Shown one piece after another: positions 1 to 12,500 of a stretch of DNA of 64,000 nucleotides. The notes beneath the pieces were generated by a model. It ran no database searches. It was given only the letters and a program-made list of their open reading frames with translations, and was not told where the DNA came from. This DNA is from Flaccisagitta enflata (Eukaryota): contig OZ231126.1 in assembly GCA_965153355.1 (NCBI GenBank), positions 14,570,001-14,634,000 on the forward strand. The letters are read 5' to 3'. Made by a program: the position numbers and the translations under genes. How positions within the stretch are numbered: position 1 is the stretch's first letter; each line of letters opens with the position of its first letter.

Positions 1-224
1 GCACTTTGTCCCATTGATTCTGTCTCTGTCTCTGTCTCAATCGGTCGCACTGTGTCCCATTGATTCTCTCTCTCTCCGTCTCTTTGTCTCTTTGTCTCTT
101 TTTCTCTCTGTCTCAGTCTCTCTTTGTCTCTTTGTCTCTCTCTGTCTCTTTGTCTCTCTCTGTCTCTTTGTCTCTCTCTGTCTCTTTGTCTCTCTCTGTC
201 TCTTTGTCTCTCTCTGTCTCTTTG

Positions 225-285
<61 letters not shown>

Positions 286-290
286 TAAAC

Positions 291-457
291 TTGCCAGAGA
301 GATGGTTTTTAATGCTCGGAAGACGCGGAAGGTTCTCAAAAAGGAAGGGGTTTTTGTAAATTGCCCACGAGTGATGATGGATACAATTGTTTGTTTTGTA
401 TTTCCAATTCTGTCAAGAATTGGAAACAGCGCGGAAATAATAACAACAAAATCCAAC
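291..457 (-). CDS. Nav alpha subunit exon: IS3, extended S3-S4 loop and IS4 voltage sensor
   Basis: Acceptor ttttcttttttgcctgcag|G completes the Trp codon. LDFVVIISALF...PSFLRTFRVFRALKTISL carries the domain I S4 RxxRxxRxxK. Donor is either A|GTTTAC (291) or CTG|GCAAGT (295). Confidence 0.88.
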
Positions 458-478
458 CTGCAGGCAAAAAAGAAAAAA

Positions 479-1171
479 CAGGTCGCCCAAGGGCAATATG
501 TGGTCAGCGATACCCGTTGCCCTGCTTTGAGTGATTGTGAATTGGAGTGAGTGGAAGCAGGGCAGCGGCCCCGAAGGGAACGAAGTCCTGTAGAACACAG
601 GGGGACTTTCGTTCGTCCTGCCTGAAGAAGTGGATGAGATGCTATAGAGGGCCTACTGAAGGTCTTCAAGAGCCTAAACTGAGGTCTAGGAAGGCTGATG
701 CAAGGCCTCAGAATGCCAATTGGAGGCTGGTAGCTGATTTGAGGCCTGAGAGGCCTAATTTGAGGCCTGAGAGTCCAGGTTTGAGGTCAGGTTTGAGGCC
801 AGGTTTGAGGCCAGGTTTGAGGCCTGAGAATTTGGATTTGAGGCGGATTTGAGGCCTGAGAGGCCAAGTTTGAGCCCTGAGAATTTGCATTTGAGGCCTG
901 AGAAGCCTTAGAGGCCAGAGAGACCAGGTTTGAGGCCTGAGAGGTTGGATTTGAGGCCTGAGAGGCCGGATTTGAGGCCTGAGAGGCTGGATTTGAGGCC
1001 TAAGAGGCTGGATTTGAGGCCTGAGAGGCCAGATTTGAGGTCTCCGAGGTCAGATTTGAGGCCAGAGGGGCCTGATGAGGGGGGGACGAACAAATGAACA
1101 AACGAACGGACGAACAAAAGTCCCCCTGTGTTCTACAGGACTTCGTCCCCTTCGGGGCCGCTGCCCAAAAA
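479..1171 (-). mobile_element. Foldback/HINE-like element with ~58-bp inverted repeats around a 21-bp minisatellite
   Basis: IR gggcagcggccccgaagg..cctgtagaacacagggggac (from 560) and its complement ending at 1166; internal (gaggcctgagaggctggattt)n. Homologous copy at 46590-47889. Confidence 0.75.
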
Positions 1172-1225
1172 CCAAAGATGCCTGGGAATGAGCAGAATGC
1201 GTTTTTATGTTGAGAAAACGTAAAA

Positions 1226-1674
<449 letters not shown>

Positions 1675-1732
1675 GCGCGCGCGCGAACATGTGGCAATTA
1701 GCTTACATGTGAACATGTGGCAATTAGCTTAC

Positions 1733-1867
1733 CAATTCCATGGGTCTCTTAGGTATGCAAATTGATGAGCAAAAAAGCCACGGGCGATAGTCTTAACAAG
1801 AAGTTCCATTGTATAGATGCCCGTGAAGACGTATTCGGAGTAATCTTTCAAATTCTTGATATGATCA
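1733..1867 (-). CDS. Nav alpha subunit exon: IS2 to start of IS3
   Basis: [45 protein letters not shown] (EYxFTGIYT..KxxARGF..LRDPWNW motif). Best phase-2 acceptor is ttcctcccctctctgtgtgacccaatcag at 1868; upstream in-phase AGs exist, so the 5' boundary is less certain. Donor TG|GTAAGC. Confidence 0.88.
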
Positions 1868-2450
1868 CTGATTGGGTCACACAGAGAGGGGAGGAAATCA
1901 TGGAATCGATCGATCGTGTGTCTAGGTTCTTGTATCAGGGGTGCATAAAGACTATCACTTCTGTACGTCACAGTTCTATATCATAAAGTTCCATGGGCTT
2001 TGATTTCTTATCTCCCGCGCTGGGTTTTTATACCCAATTGTTGATCTAAAAATACCCGCGATAAAGATTAAAGAATCTTTGCTGTTTTCAGTTTTGTTTA
2101 CAATGGTTAGACAAAACCACGTTATTTTAACTTATGACACTTGTTTCCTTCACCACACCTGGACCCTAATATACATCAAGCCTTACCCTAACCCTAAAGA
2201 GAAGCCAAAGTTGCCAAACCCAACATTAATCCTAAAACCACCAATCGAATTCTTTATAAAAAAAACCAAAAAACCAAAACCAAATACAAAATACAAAGTC
2301 AAAGACGTAAAAAACAAACAAAAGACAAAACAAAATACCAAACATATAACCAACAAAAGCATAGTTACATAATCTCAACGTAACACGAAAGTTTTATTTC
2401 CCCTTCCCTGTAGTTAATAGCTGATTAGTTTTTTGTCCTTTGTAAATCAC

Positions 2451-2659
2451 CTGCGAAATCTGTTGACCAGAAAGAAAGTCGTGTTGTCCAGCTCAAAGGA
2501 GGCATTGCCAATTTCATACTGGTAACCCTTTTCCGGTTGGGTCATCGTTAGGCAGTTGAGAAGGATAGTAATAAAGATGAGAGCGTTGAAATACGGATTG
2601 ACCAGCAGATAAAGCGCCAAGCGTCGAATGATATTCAGCGGAGAGAAAAAGCCAAGAGC
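2451..2659 (-). CDS. Nav alpha subunit exon: pre-IS1, IS1 and start of an extended S1-S2 loop
   Basis: Acceptor ctcttctatag|GCT. Translates ALGFFSPLNIIRRLALYLLVNPYFNALIFITILLNCLTMTQPEKGYQYEIGNASFELDNTTFFLVNRFR (Nav ALxxxSPFNxIRR..ILxNC motif). Donor AG|GTGATT, phase 2. Not in the ORF track. Confidence 0.9.
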
Positions 2660-3102
2660 CTATAGAAGAGAGTATTGAACAATGTGACAATATAACGATT
2701 TAATTAAGTGTTTGTCTTTGCGTCCGGACTATGTCTCTGCGTGTATTGATCATGTGACATATATGGAGAGACAGATGGACGAACAGACGGTGAAACGACT
2801 GAGTAGTAAAGGAGGCTCTCAAATCATGTAGAATTGTACGGCTCATTTACATAGTTTTATGTAAAGGTGTATCCCATTTGCACTATTGAGCATTACATCC
2901 AATCCAATCCAATCCAAATGTTGGTTGATCATTTATTTCAGTATATAAGATCTCACCGTGGCCAAAAACAGTCTAGAAACGCGGTTTCTGCACTTACGTA
3001 ACGGACGGATATACCGACGGACGGACGGACGGATGGTCGAACGGACGGACGGACAAACCCTCTTATAGAGATGCGTTCCTGACGGACGCATCTAAAAAGG
3101 GA

Positions 3103-3142
<40 letters not shown>

Positions 3143-3614
3143 CGCATGAGCAAAATAAACCAAACTAACACACGACACATGCCCAGTGCTCACTCCACAC
3201 AGTCACACACAAAGCAGCCAACTCACTCTCCACTCTCAGACACAAATAACTACCACACACACGAAATAAAAACCACACACACAAAACAACAACCACACAC
3301 AACAACAACCACACACACACAACAATCAAACACGTAACAAGAATCACACACACAACCACAACCACACACACAACCACACACACACAACACAACCACACAC
3401 ACAACCACAACCACACACACAACACAACAACAACCACAAACACACAACAACAACCACATACAGACAACAACAACAACCACACACACACACAACAACAACC
3501 ACACACACACAACAACAACAACCACACACACACATACAACAACAACAACCCCAAACAAACAAACAAACAAACAAACAAACAAACAAACACACACAATTAT
3601 CACCGATCGCCTAC

Positions 3615-4760
3615 CCTAGACAGATGAAAGCGATAGATTTCAAATTTGCTATTAATTACGACGAACGTGTCGCAATAAAAATCGTCGATTTCCGCGAGCG
3701 GTTTCCCGATCTGTTTGTCCCTCAAATACTCCGTCCTGGGGTACATGAGCCTTTCCCCTTGCTGCAACTTGGGATTCGGCACCCCCTTCGTACCCCCGAC
3801 TTTAGCCTTTCCATCAGCACCGCCTTTGCCGCCGCCACCCCCTCTTCCGTCTTTCAACGGCGGCGGTGACACGGATCTTTTCCTTCTCCTCCCAAAATGC
3901 CGACAAGTGATCCTATTGAAGGCGTCGCACCAAAATTCCTTCGTCCGGCGTCGTCTTTCTTTTCGCGAGTCATTGAGCACGTCGTCGGTGAGCAGATCAA
4001 AGTCCAAACATTGTTGTTGTTTGCCTTCTTTACGATCTTCGGAAAAAACAGAGTCTGACGAATCATCGTCATCATCATCTCCTTCTACCTCCACTTCCTC
4101 TTCACTGGCTAATTTGGCCAGCATTCCGTCGCTGCCGCCGCCGCCGCCGTCAGCGCCGGTGGATGAAGCGCTCAATCTGTTGGCCGCGCGGGAAACGGAA
4201 GCGCCTAACGAAGACCGAGTTCGACGCTTTTTGATGGAAAAACGCACTTCAGGGAAATTGTCGTTGTTATTGTTGCCGTTCAGCGTCGTTGTTGCCGTTG
4301 GCGCGGCTGCTGCCGCCGCGGAGAGTCTCGTCGGAGAAGGTCTTCCGTCGTCTGCAGTTGATTCGCAGAGTCTTTTGTCAGCTTCGGCAGAAGTCCCGAC
4401 GTCTCGAGTCAGCTCCAGATTCTCTTCCATCTCCACTTTGTCCGCCTCTCGATCTGTCATTTCGTCTTTGTCGCCTGATCCATCTGGATTTGTAGCATTC
4501 GTATCTTCTTCCAATCGATACATTTTTAAACGCAAAGAGTGAGGTTGTGACTCGACGTCGTCATTATCAAACGCAGGTTGGTTTGCGTTGCCCGCACCGA
4601 CATTTGAAGCATCTTGCTCAACATTCTCTCCCAAGTCTTCTGAATTCTCCTTCAATTCTATTTCCATTTCCTTTCCTTGATCAGTCAAAAATGCTTCATC
4701 AACTCTTCGATGATCTAAGTTGAACTCGTCCTCTTCCTTGTTTACTGAGGCATCGCTCAT
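3615..4760 (-). CDS. Voltage-gated sodium channel alpha subunit, first visible coding exon (long cytoplasmic N-terminus)
   Basis: ORF from ATG at 4760 with an in-frame TAA shortly upstream. It ends in PNPKLQQGERL..GKPLAEIDDFYCDTFVVINSKFEIYRF, matching the conserved Nav N-terminal PLEDxDPYY..TFxVxNK..IFRF motif. Donor AGG|GTAGGC at 3615/3614, phase 0. Confidence 0.9.
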
Positions 4761-5089
4761 CTCCGAGACTCCTCCTTTATGTTGCCTTTATTGAGCAAAA
4801 GGTTGTTTGTTTACAGTTGTGGATAATTGATTCGATTTTATATTTTTCCGCTTCATTATAGGATATCCAGACGGGGTATCAACGAAGTAATTATGAGCGC
4901 ACATGGCTTAATTGGTAAACATATTTTTAGTCGCAGTTTCATGCTCATTATCCCTGATAACTTAAGAAGGAAAAAATAATAAATCAACGATTGGGTGTGT
5001 AAACTGCTCATTAACATCAAGCCCGGATGAACAACCAATAATGGTCGCATGCAATCGGGCAGAGGCAGTTTACGACACATTCGCACTTA

Positions 5090-5686
5090 CCATCTTGGTC
5101 AGAGATATCGTCTCAGTAAAACAATATAGTTATTTCTTGTATAAAATTAAATTTTTCTGTAGAAATTTTTAGTTTAGGCTTTCTTGGTATAAAATATCAT
5201 TTACAATCATTTAGATAGATATAAATAAAGGATTATCTAACAATTTTGTACAATGAGTTCTTCAATTTTTTAAACATTTTTTTTTTCATTAGCACTTACA
5301 AGGCAAAATATATTCCATTCTATATAAAATCTAAATGTTTGGACAAGAAAAATATGCTTGGTGGCGTTAGGCAGATTTTTTGAAGCTCTTTCCACTGGTT
5401 ACCGATTTTTATATGATTTTATTATGATGAACTAAAAAAAAGTGAAAATAAGCAGGTTACTATTTTTCCCCTCACTTTCATGCACATTTTCTGCTTTTTG
5501 TGGAGTTGAACATTTTTACTCTTTTGGCTCTAAAATTTAAAGAAATTGAGCCACTGAGCTCTGTTTGGCGCCATTTTGAAGATTATCTCAAGCTCTTTTC
5601 AATAGTTCATTATTTCAATGTGTTTTATAGATTTATTTTATGACCAATTAGCCATATAGGTGAGACAATATTTTTGACCAAGATGG
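5090..5686. mobile_element. TA-TSD MITE (~597 bp)
   Basis: TA|ccatcttggtcagagatatcgtctca ... tgagacaatatttttgaccaagatgg|TA. Confidence 0.8.
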
Positions 5687-6374
5687 TACACACACACGCG
5701 CACACTCTTTATAACTGGACCGACGGACCGATGGACTGAACTATAGTATATAGGCTAGACTAATCAGACACAAATGAACACTAGACGCACATATTCGTCT
5801 CTCACGCGAGTTATGTGCGGGGTTACAATATCGGTATGAATAAAAGGGAGGGGTGGCATGCAGGGGCAACAATGCACAGTCATTTGTTTAGTCGCAGTCT
5901 CTACATCTTGCCGTGTCAGTCTGTTGGTCCGTCCGTAAGTCCGTCTGTCCATTCGTCCGTCACATTTTTGACATGCGAGCGGTTTTCACATTACTGCTCC
6001 TGCCCAACCATCCGCGACTGGATTGCCGTATATCTGGCCTTGTTATCTTTATATGTTAATTTTGTTGTTTCTGAGCTCTAAGGCTGTTGATCTTGTTGCG
6101 CCAATGGTTGTCGTTCTGCGTTTGGTTTGTTGTTCTTTGATTATTCTGTCGTCTCTCTGGTCTGAGATTGTTGTTGTTGTTGTCGACGTGTCTCCGGTCT
6201 GAGATTGTTTTTGTTGTTGTCGTGTCTCTGATCTGGGGTTGTTGTTGTTGTTGATGTTGTTGATGTTGTTATGTTGTTATGTTGTTATGCTGTTAATGTT
6301 GTTGCTTCTCAGGTCTGGGATTGTTGTTGTTGTTGTTGTTGTTGTTGTTTTTGTTGTTGCTTCTCAGGTCTGGG

Positions 6375-6408
<34 letters not shown>

Positions 6409-6436
6409 TTGTTGTTGTTTTATCTCTGGTCTGGGG

Positions 6437-6500
<64 letters not shown>

Positions 6501-6613
6501 CGTGTCTCTGGTCTGGGATTGTTGTTGTTGTTGTTGTCGTGTCTCTGGTCTGAGATTGTTGTTGTTGTTGTTGTCGTGTCTCTGGTCTGAGATTGTTGTT
6601 GCTTTTGTTGTTT

Positions 6614-6708
<95 letters not shown>

Positions 6709-8256
6709 ATAAATGGCGTTCTGATCGTTATTGTACATCCTTTACTACTGAAATTATTATTGCAATACAGGACTCAATAATTTCTCGCTCAGATTTATCC
6801 AGGTTTCTCATATTGTGACTTTCGGCCATAAACGGCGATAATTAAGAAGACTCCTGATTGACGTCAGCCGCACCCTGATCAGGATTAAGTAATAGAATCG
6901 CTTATGGGCATTGATGCCACAAAAATGGAAGTCTTTTTTGGTTGTTTTTATGGATAAAAATTCATAGAAAATATTTTTTGTATCTTTCTATATGCTCTAT
7001 TGGTAATAAGGTGTTCATTTCAGATCTTGGTATCAAGGTGAATCTTTAAATTAACCCAATTCTTTTTATTGAATATGAGGCTAAAGTAACAGCACTTTTG
7101 CGCTATTTTCCTGGAAGTCTAAAAACTGCCTTTTTGAGCTCATTCTGTACTCTAACACTTATGTATTGTCCCTTACATGAGTGTCCAATTTTAGAACTAA
7201 ATCAAAGGTTGTACAATGATTCATCATTAATTATTTTCTTACAAAAAAACAACAGTTTTAAGCCATAAATGATTCTATTACCTAAAACCATATGAATGTA
7301 GAAAGGGTGGCCGATAACACCTCTCACAAAATCAGGCGAACTGGGATCAGAACTTGTCCATAATTTTTTTTTAAAGTCCAAAACAGGAGTCCAGGTTAAT
7401 GATAATATCAAAACATGTTGTCCCCATGAGGGTTTTACAAAAAAAACTTCAAATCTTGTCAACCAATAGCGGTTAATAGCTTCATCAAATGATATCATGC
7501 AAATTTTAGGTTTAGCTATTCTTCAAATTTGTCGCCAAAACCATTGTATATGACAAAGGGGTTTCGATACTTTTTGCAGCTTTGAATGACGGTATTTTGT
7601 AACTGTTGATTCATTTTTGTCTATTTGTGGTACAAGACCCTGAGAATTGATGTTTTCATGCCTTTTTAATGGTAAATTTTAAGGAGGTTTATGTTGTCTC
7701 ATCATCAAAAATTTACTTGTCAAAATCAATCAAAATCTTTCACTGGATTTCTGGCATAACACATTCTGAGAGCCACACACTTTCCCAGGTGCACAATTTT
7801 GTCCCGGATTGCGAAAATACTATATTTTAGCTTCCTCTGTATAAAATTTCAGCCTAGTGAATGCATTATTTCAATCAATTTTGATCATTTTGCCAGTTTG
7901 TTTAATTATGTGGGAGGTGTTACTCATCATTTCCGATATTTCTCGTTTGAAACACATTTACGCGCTTTTCTCTGTTGTTTCTCTGGTCTGGGGTTGTTGT
8001 TGATGCTGTTGTTGCACTGGTCTGGAATTGTTGCTCTGGTATTGTTGTTGCTCTGGTCTGGTATTGTTGTTGTTGCTGTTGTTATGGTCTGGGATTGTTG
8101 TTGATGTAGTTGTTGTTGTTATTATTATTGTTGTTCTTTGGGTCTGAGGTTGTTGTTGTCGTGTCTCTGGTCTGAGGCCATTGTTGTTGTTGTGTCTCTG
8201 GTCTGGGATTGTTGTTGTTGTTGTTGTTGAGTCTCAAAGGACTGAGATTGTTATTC

Positions 8257-8309
<53 letters not shown>

Positions 8310-8511
8310 GATGATGTTGTTGATGTTGTTGATTTTGTTGTTGTGATAAACGTCGTTCTGAGCGTTGGCGAACATCTTTCACTACTGAAATTATTATTGC
8401 AGTACAGGACTCAATAATTTCTCACTCGGATTTATCCAGGTTTGTCATTTAGTGACTTTCGGCAATAAACGGCGATAATTAAGAAGACTCCTGATTGACG
8501 TCAGCCGATAC

Positions 8512-8679
8512 CAGGGGTTCATATTTTTCAAGAAGCGGGAAGCGCCGCTTCTCGGAAGGTGAAGGAATGTCGGAAGAACTTGACAGAGGGAAGGAGGAAA
8601 GAGAGAATAAAAGAAAAGAGAGGAGAAAAGGGAGAGAGAAAGAAAGAAAATAAGAAAGAAAGAAAGAAAGAAAGAAAAA

Positions 8680-8726
<47 letters not shown>

Positions 8727-9533
8727 GAAAAAAGAAAGGAGGAAGGAAAGGGAGAGAGATGAGAATATAAATCGCAAGGGTCATCATTTTCATTGGACAT
8801 TGTGAAGGGATATCCAAACAACAAGAAAACAGAGCTCTGTACCAATTCCAATACATGCAGTTTTACCCCACTAGGTACCATGTGCAAACTAGAATTCGCT
8901 AATGTTATATAGTAATCATTCAGAACACCTAGCAAGTCAAGATCTTTTCAGTCACTGGACCTGTTACAGCATAATAGCTTTGCTGTCCCGGGACTTCAAG
9001 CCGACTAACAACCATTTCGCCGCGTTTCAGCAACGCATCATTTCATTTAAAGGAGATTCTTTCAGAATCTATATCATCAATATAAACCTTACTAGCGGAA
9101 GGCTACATGAACTTCATGACAAAATGCATAACATTTACATGTGCATAAGGTTTTTTTTTTTCATTCACAATACAAAGAAATACATTTAAGTTACAGTTTC
9201 AACTCTAATTGACAGTATTCCAAATCAACAAAATTACAATGGACCTGTCATCTTCAAAATGCAATATGCAAATGATATCATTGCTGATTTCAAACTTCTT
9301 TTGATTCCCTGTTATTTCTGTCTTTACTTTTTCCTTCTTTGTCTTCTTCTTCTTCTTCTTCTTCTTCTTCTTCTTCTTTTAATTCTTCTTCTCCTTATTT
9401 CTCGACCCGACCATACCTTTGGTCCCATGTTGCTGCTTGCTGATCTAGAATCACCAGGACTGTGACATCAGTGTCGGAAACTCAAAGGGAAAAATTTTTG
9501 CCTCTCGGAAGATTTACAAAATATGAACGCCTG
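8512..9533. mobile_element. Non-autonomous hAT-like element, copy 1
   Basis: 8-bp TSD gccgatac on both sides; TIR caggggttcatattt / aaatatgaacgcctg. Confidence 0.9.
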
Positions 9534-12500
9534 GCCGATACTAATCATTTCCGTTGTCTCTCGTTGTAAATGTAAACACGAATACACGCTTTATACTAAG
9601 TAACAGGGCTTTTTTCCGAGGCTCAAAGTTGTTATTTCAAATTCAATTGTAAGTTTAAACCAGTGTTCAATACACAATTCGCCGAAAGTGCCATTTTACT
9701 TTAGAAATTATACCTCAATCTCCTGTTTTCATCCAAAATAGGTAAAAACATAAGTTTTTGGGAAAAAAAACTATTTTCTGGTGCTCTGGCGGCGCCAAAT
9801 GGCTCCTAATGGCGAGAAACGGCACCAGGTGCGCGATGCGCTCATTTGCATTAAAGAGAGTTATGATTTTTAGGATTTTTTTCTGTTATTTTCCTGTTGT
9901 TACAGTTGAACATCATTGAGAGAAGTATATACATGTGTGATCTTAGCTATGAATCCATTTTTAAGGCCTCTAGGCGGCGCCAAATGGCGCCTAATGGGGA
10001 AAAAGGCCAAGTAGGTTAACGATGCGGCCTCTTTGAATGAATGTTTTTTATGAATAAATGTTTTTTTTATGACTTAATGTTTTTATGAATGAATGTTATT
10101 TAGTAAGTAATAATGAATTATTTATTGTATGCTACTTTTACTGATTTGGTGCCACTTTTCTGATGAGAAAACAGAAGAATCTGATGTTTTTTATGAATGC
10201 GTTACCGACCAACAAACCAATCAACGGACACAGCCTATTATAGAGATGCAAGGACGCATCTAAAAACGGCGTCAGGTGCATGTTTTGACCATTTGCACAA
10301 AAAGAGTCATGCTTTTTATGTTTTTATATTCAAAAACTCATTCTCTTCCCTATAATTTGCAATGCATAATAGTTAACACTGATATTTCAATAAAAATTGT
10401 AACCAGTCCTCCTCCTCCTCCTCCTCATCTTTCCCTCATCAAAGAATTTAAAAAGAATGATTTGCATGTGCCTTTTTAGCATTCAATTAAGTAGATTGAA
10501 AAACTAGTAATGGCGAAAAGGGCGAAAAACGCGGTTTTGAGTATCATAGGTTAGGATGGCAAAAACGCTATGTCAATATCTCAAAATTGGTAAGAGGTAA
10601 CCACAATTTTTTTTCTGAACCCTAAAATACCATCAATAAAAGGCCCAAAACCATTTTTGTTAGGGTCAAAATGAATGGAGAGGATAGGAAAACATTTAAA
10701 AGAACGTTTTTCCCTCCTCCTCGTCCCTTAGGATTACAATGGGGTTTTCCTCAAAAATTAAAAAAAAACTTAAGTTAACCTCATGAAAAAGTTAAAGGGG
10801 GTAAGACATCATGAACCATATCTTGACACTCTTGTTCCATCACTTTTTTGCACCATTTTTTCCATAGAATTATCCATTTTTGACTAAAAATATGTTTTGA
10901 CATGTGCTATGTGAGCCGATTCATACTATTTTAAAGAATCAGTCTTCAAATTGCATGCTTTGTACAGTAAAATGATCTTAAATTGGCAAAATTTTCAAGC
11001 AAAATCTTAGAAAAGCGTAAGAATTATTTTGAAGAGGTATCTTCACTGTATTATTACCGACACTGTTTGTATAATATGGTCAATTTTTTTTTGAGAGGCT
11101 GTTCATATCTATCTGACACTAGTATAAAACTTTTTTGCCATATGATTTTTAGCATTTTGGATGTCTTTGTCAAGTACCTTTTAAAAAATGTCAGCTGACA
11201 ATTAAATTTCAAAACATAGGATATTTTATTTTGAAAAATTCATTTGGGATACTTCCCATTGGAGTAAAGTCATGAAATTTGAATGGTAGTCAAAGGAAGC
11301 ATTCAACCTTAAGCATTTCAAACAATTGGTGGATTTAAAGTATCAATTTTGTGAGTTTTTCTATTCCAAATTGCAAAATTTAAAGTTTTTGAAAAAAACA
11401 TTTTTTATCCCCTAAATAACAAATCTTGAACATAGTGAATATTTTGAATTTTTAAAAACATCAGACCCGAGATAATGTAATTTACTAGAGTCTGATGTTT
11501 TTGGTTTTTCCATTTTTTCAATTTCTATGCAAATTTGTTATTTAGGGTGTACCTATTTCAGATTCAACAAAAATAGAAAAAAAAGATGTTTATTATTTAG
11601 AGTTTTAAATGGGGCACTTCCTGGTGAAGAAAAGTCATGAAATTTTTATGGTAGTTAAATGAAGCACCAAACCACCTGCATGTCAATTTTCATTACTATA
11701 AGACAATTTTTGATATCTGTTTATGAATTCTTAAATATTCATTTGTGAGATTTATGAAATTAATCATTTTTAAAGGAAAAATCACTATTTTTTTTCTGAT
11801 GACATATATTATCAGGTGAATTATTTGTTTTTGGGAAAAAAACATTTTGATTTTTTTGCTCTTGGCGAAACTGAAGTGTCACAATAATTTTCATTGTGTC
11901 GTAACCATTTCTTTTTATTCTAACTCATCTGTGTCTCCTCTTCAACTTTCCCTAAAATTTTTTTTTATTTCCATGGAGAAGTAGCGGTAAAGTAGCCCTG
12001 AAATAGCCTGACCCCCCTGTTTTTTACAAAAAAAACGGCCAAACATGTCACATTTGGACTCCTCAAACCCCCCTTGAAACCTTGAAATAACTATTTCTTT
12101 TTAGAATCTAAAAATATAGAACTTGACCTAGGTCCACAAAAAATTTGGAAGCGAATGGACAATTTTGAAATTTGGGTCAAAATCGCATATTCAGCCTTTA
12201 TAGTTTAAATATTGGCTGTTACATATGCAGCGCCTACTTCCGGTTGAGCTAGATCGCTGAAAATAGGTTTACAGGTTCATTTTGATGATAGATTAAGATT
12301 GGCATATTTGTTTTGGTACAATTTTCAATTTTTGATAGAGAAATGATTTCTAGAACCCCCGGCTGAAAAGTGGCAATACTATGTTGTACACATATATCAT
12401 TGTGAATATTCTAAGATATTGAAATGTTCCTTTAGAAATAAATATACATTTGAAGACAAGTGACGCAGGGTCACAATATCGTTGCGGACGGGTGGGCAGG

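Noticed and set aside
1968-2047. Strong-looking acceptor tatttttag at ~2047 as the start of the IS2 exon
   Set aside because: All frames hit stops before the conserved segment.
3715-4542. 275-aa plus-strand ORF
   Set aside because: Antisense shadow of the Nav exon.
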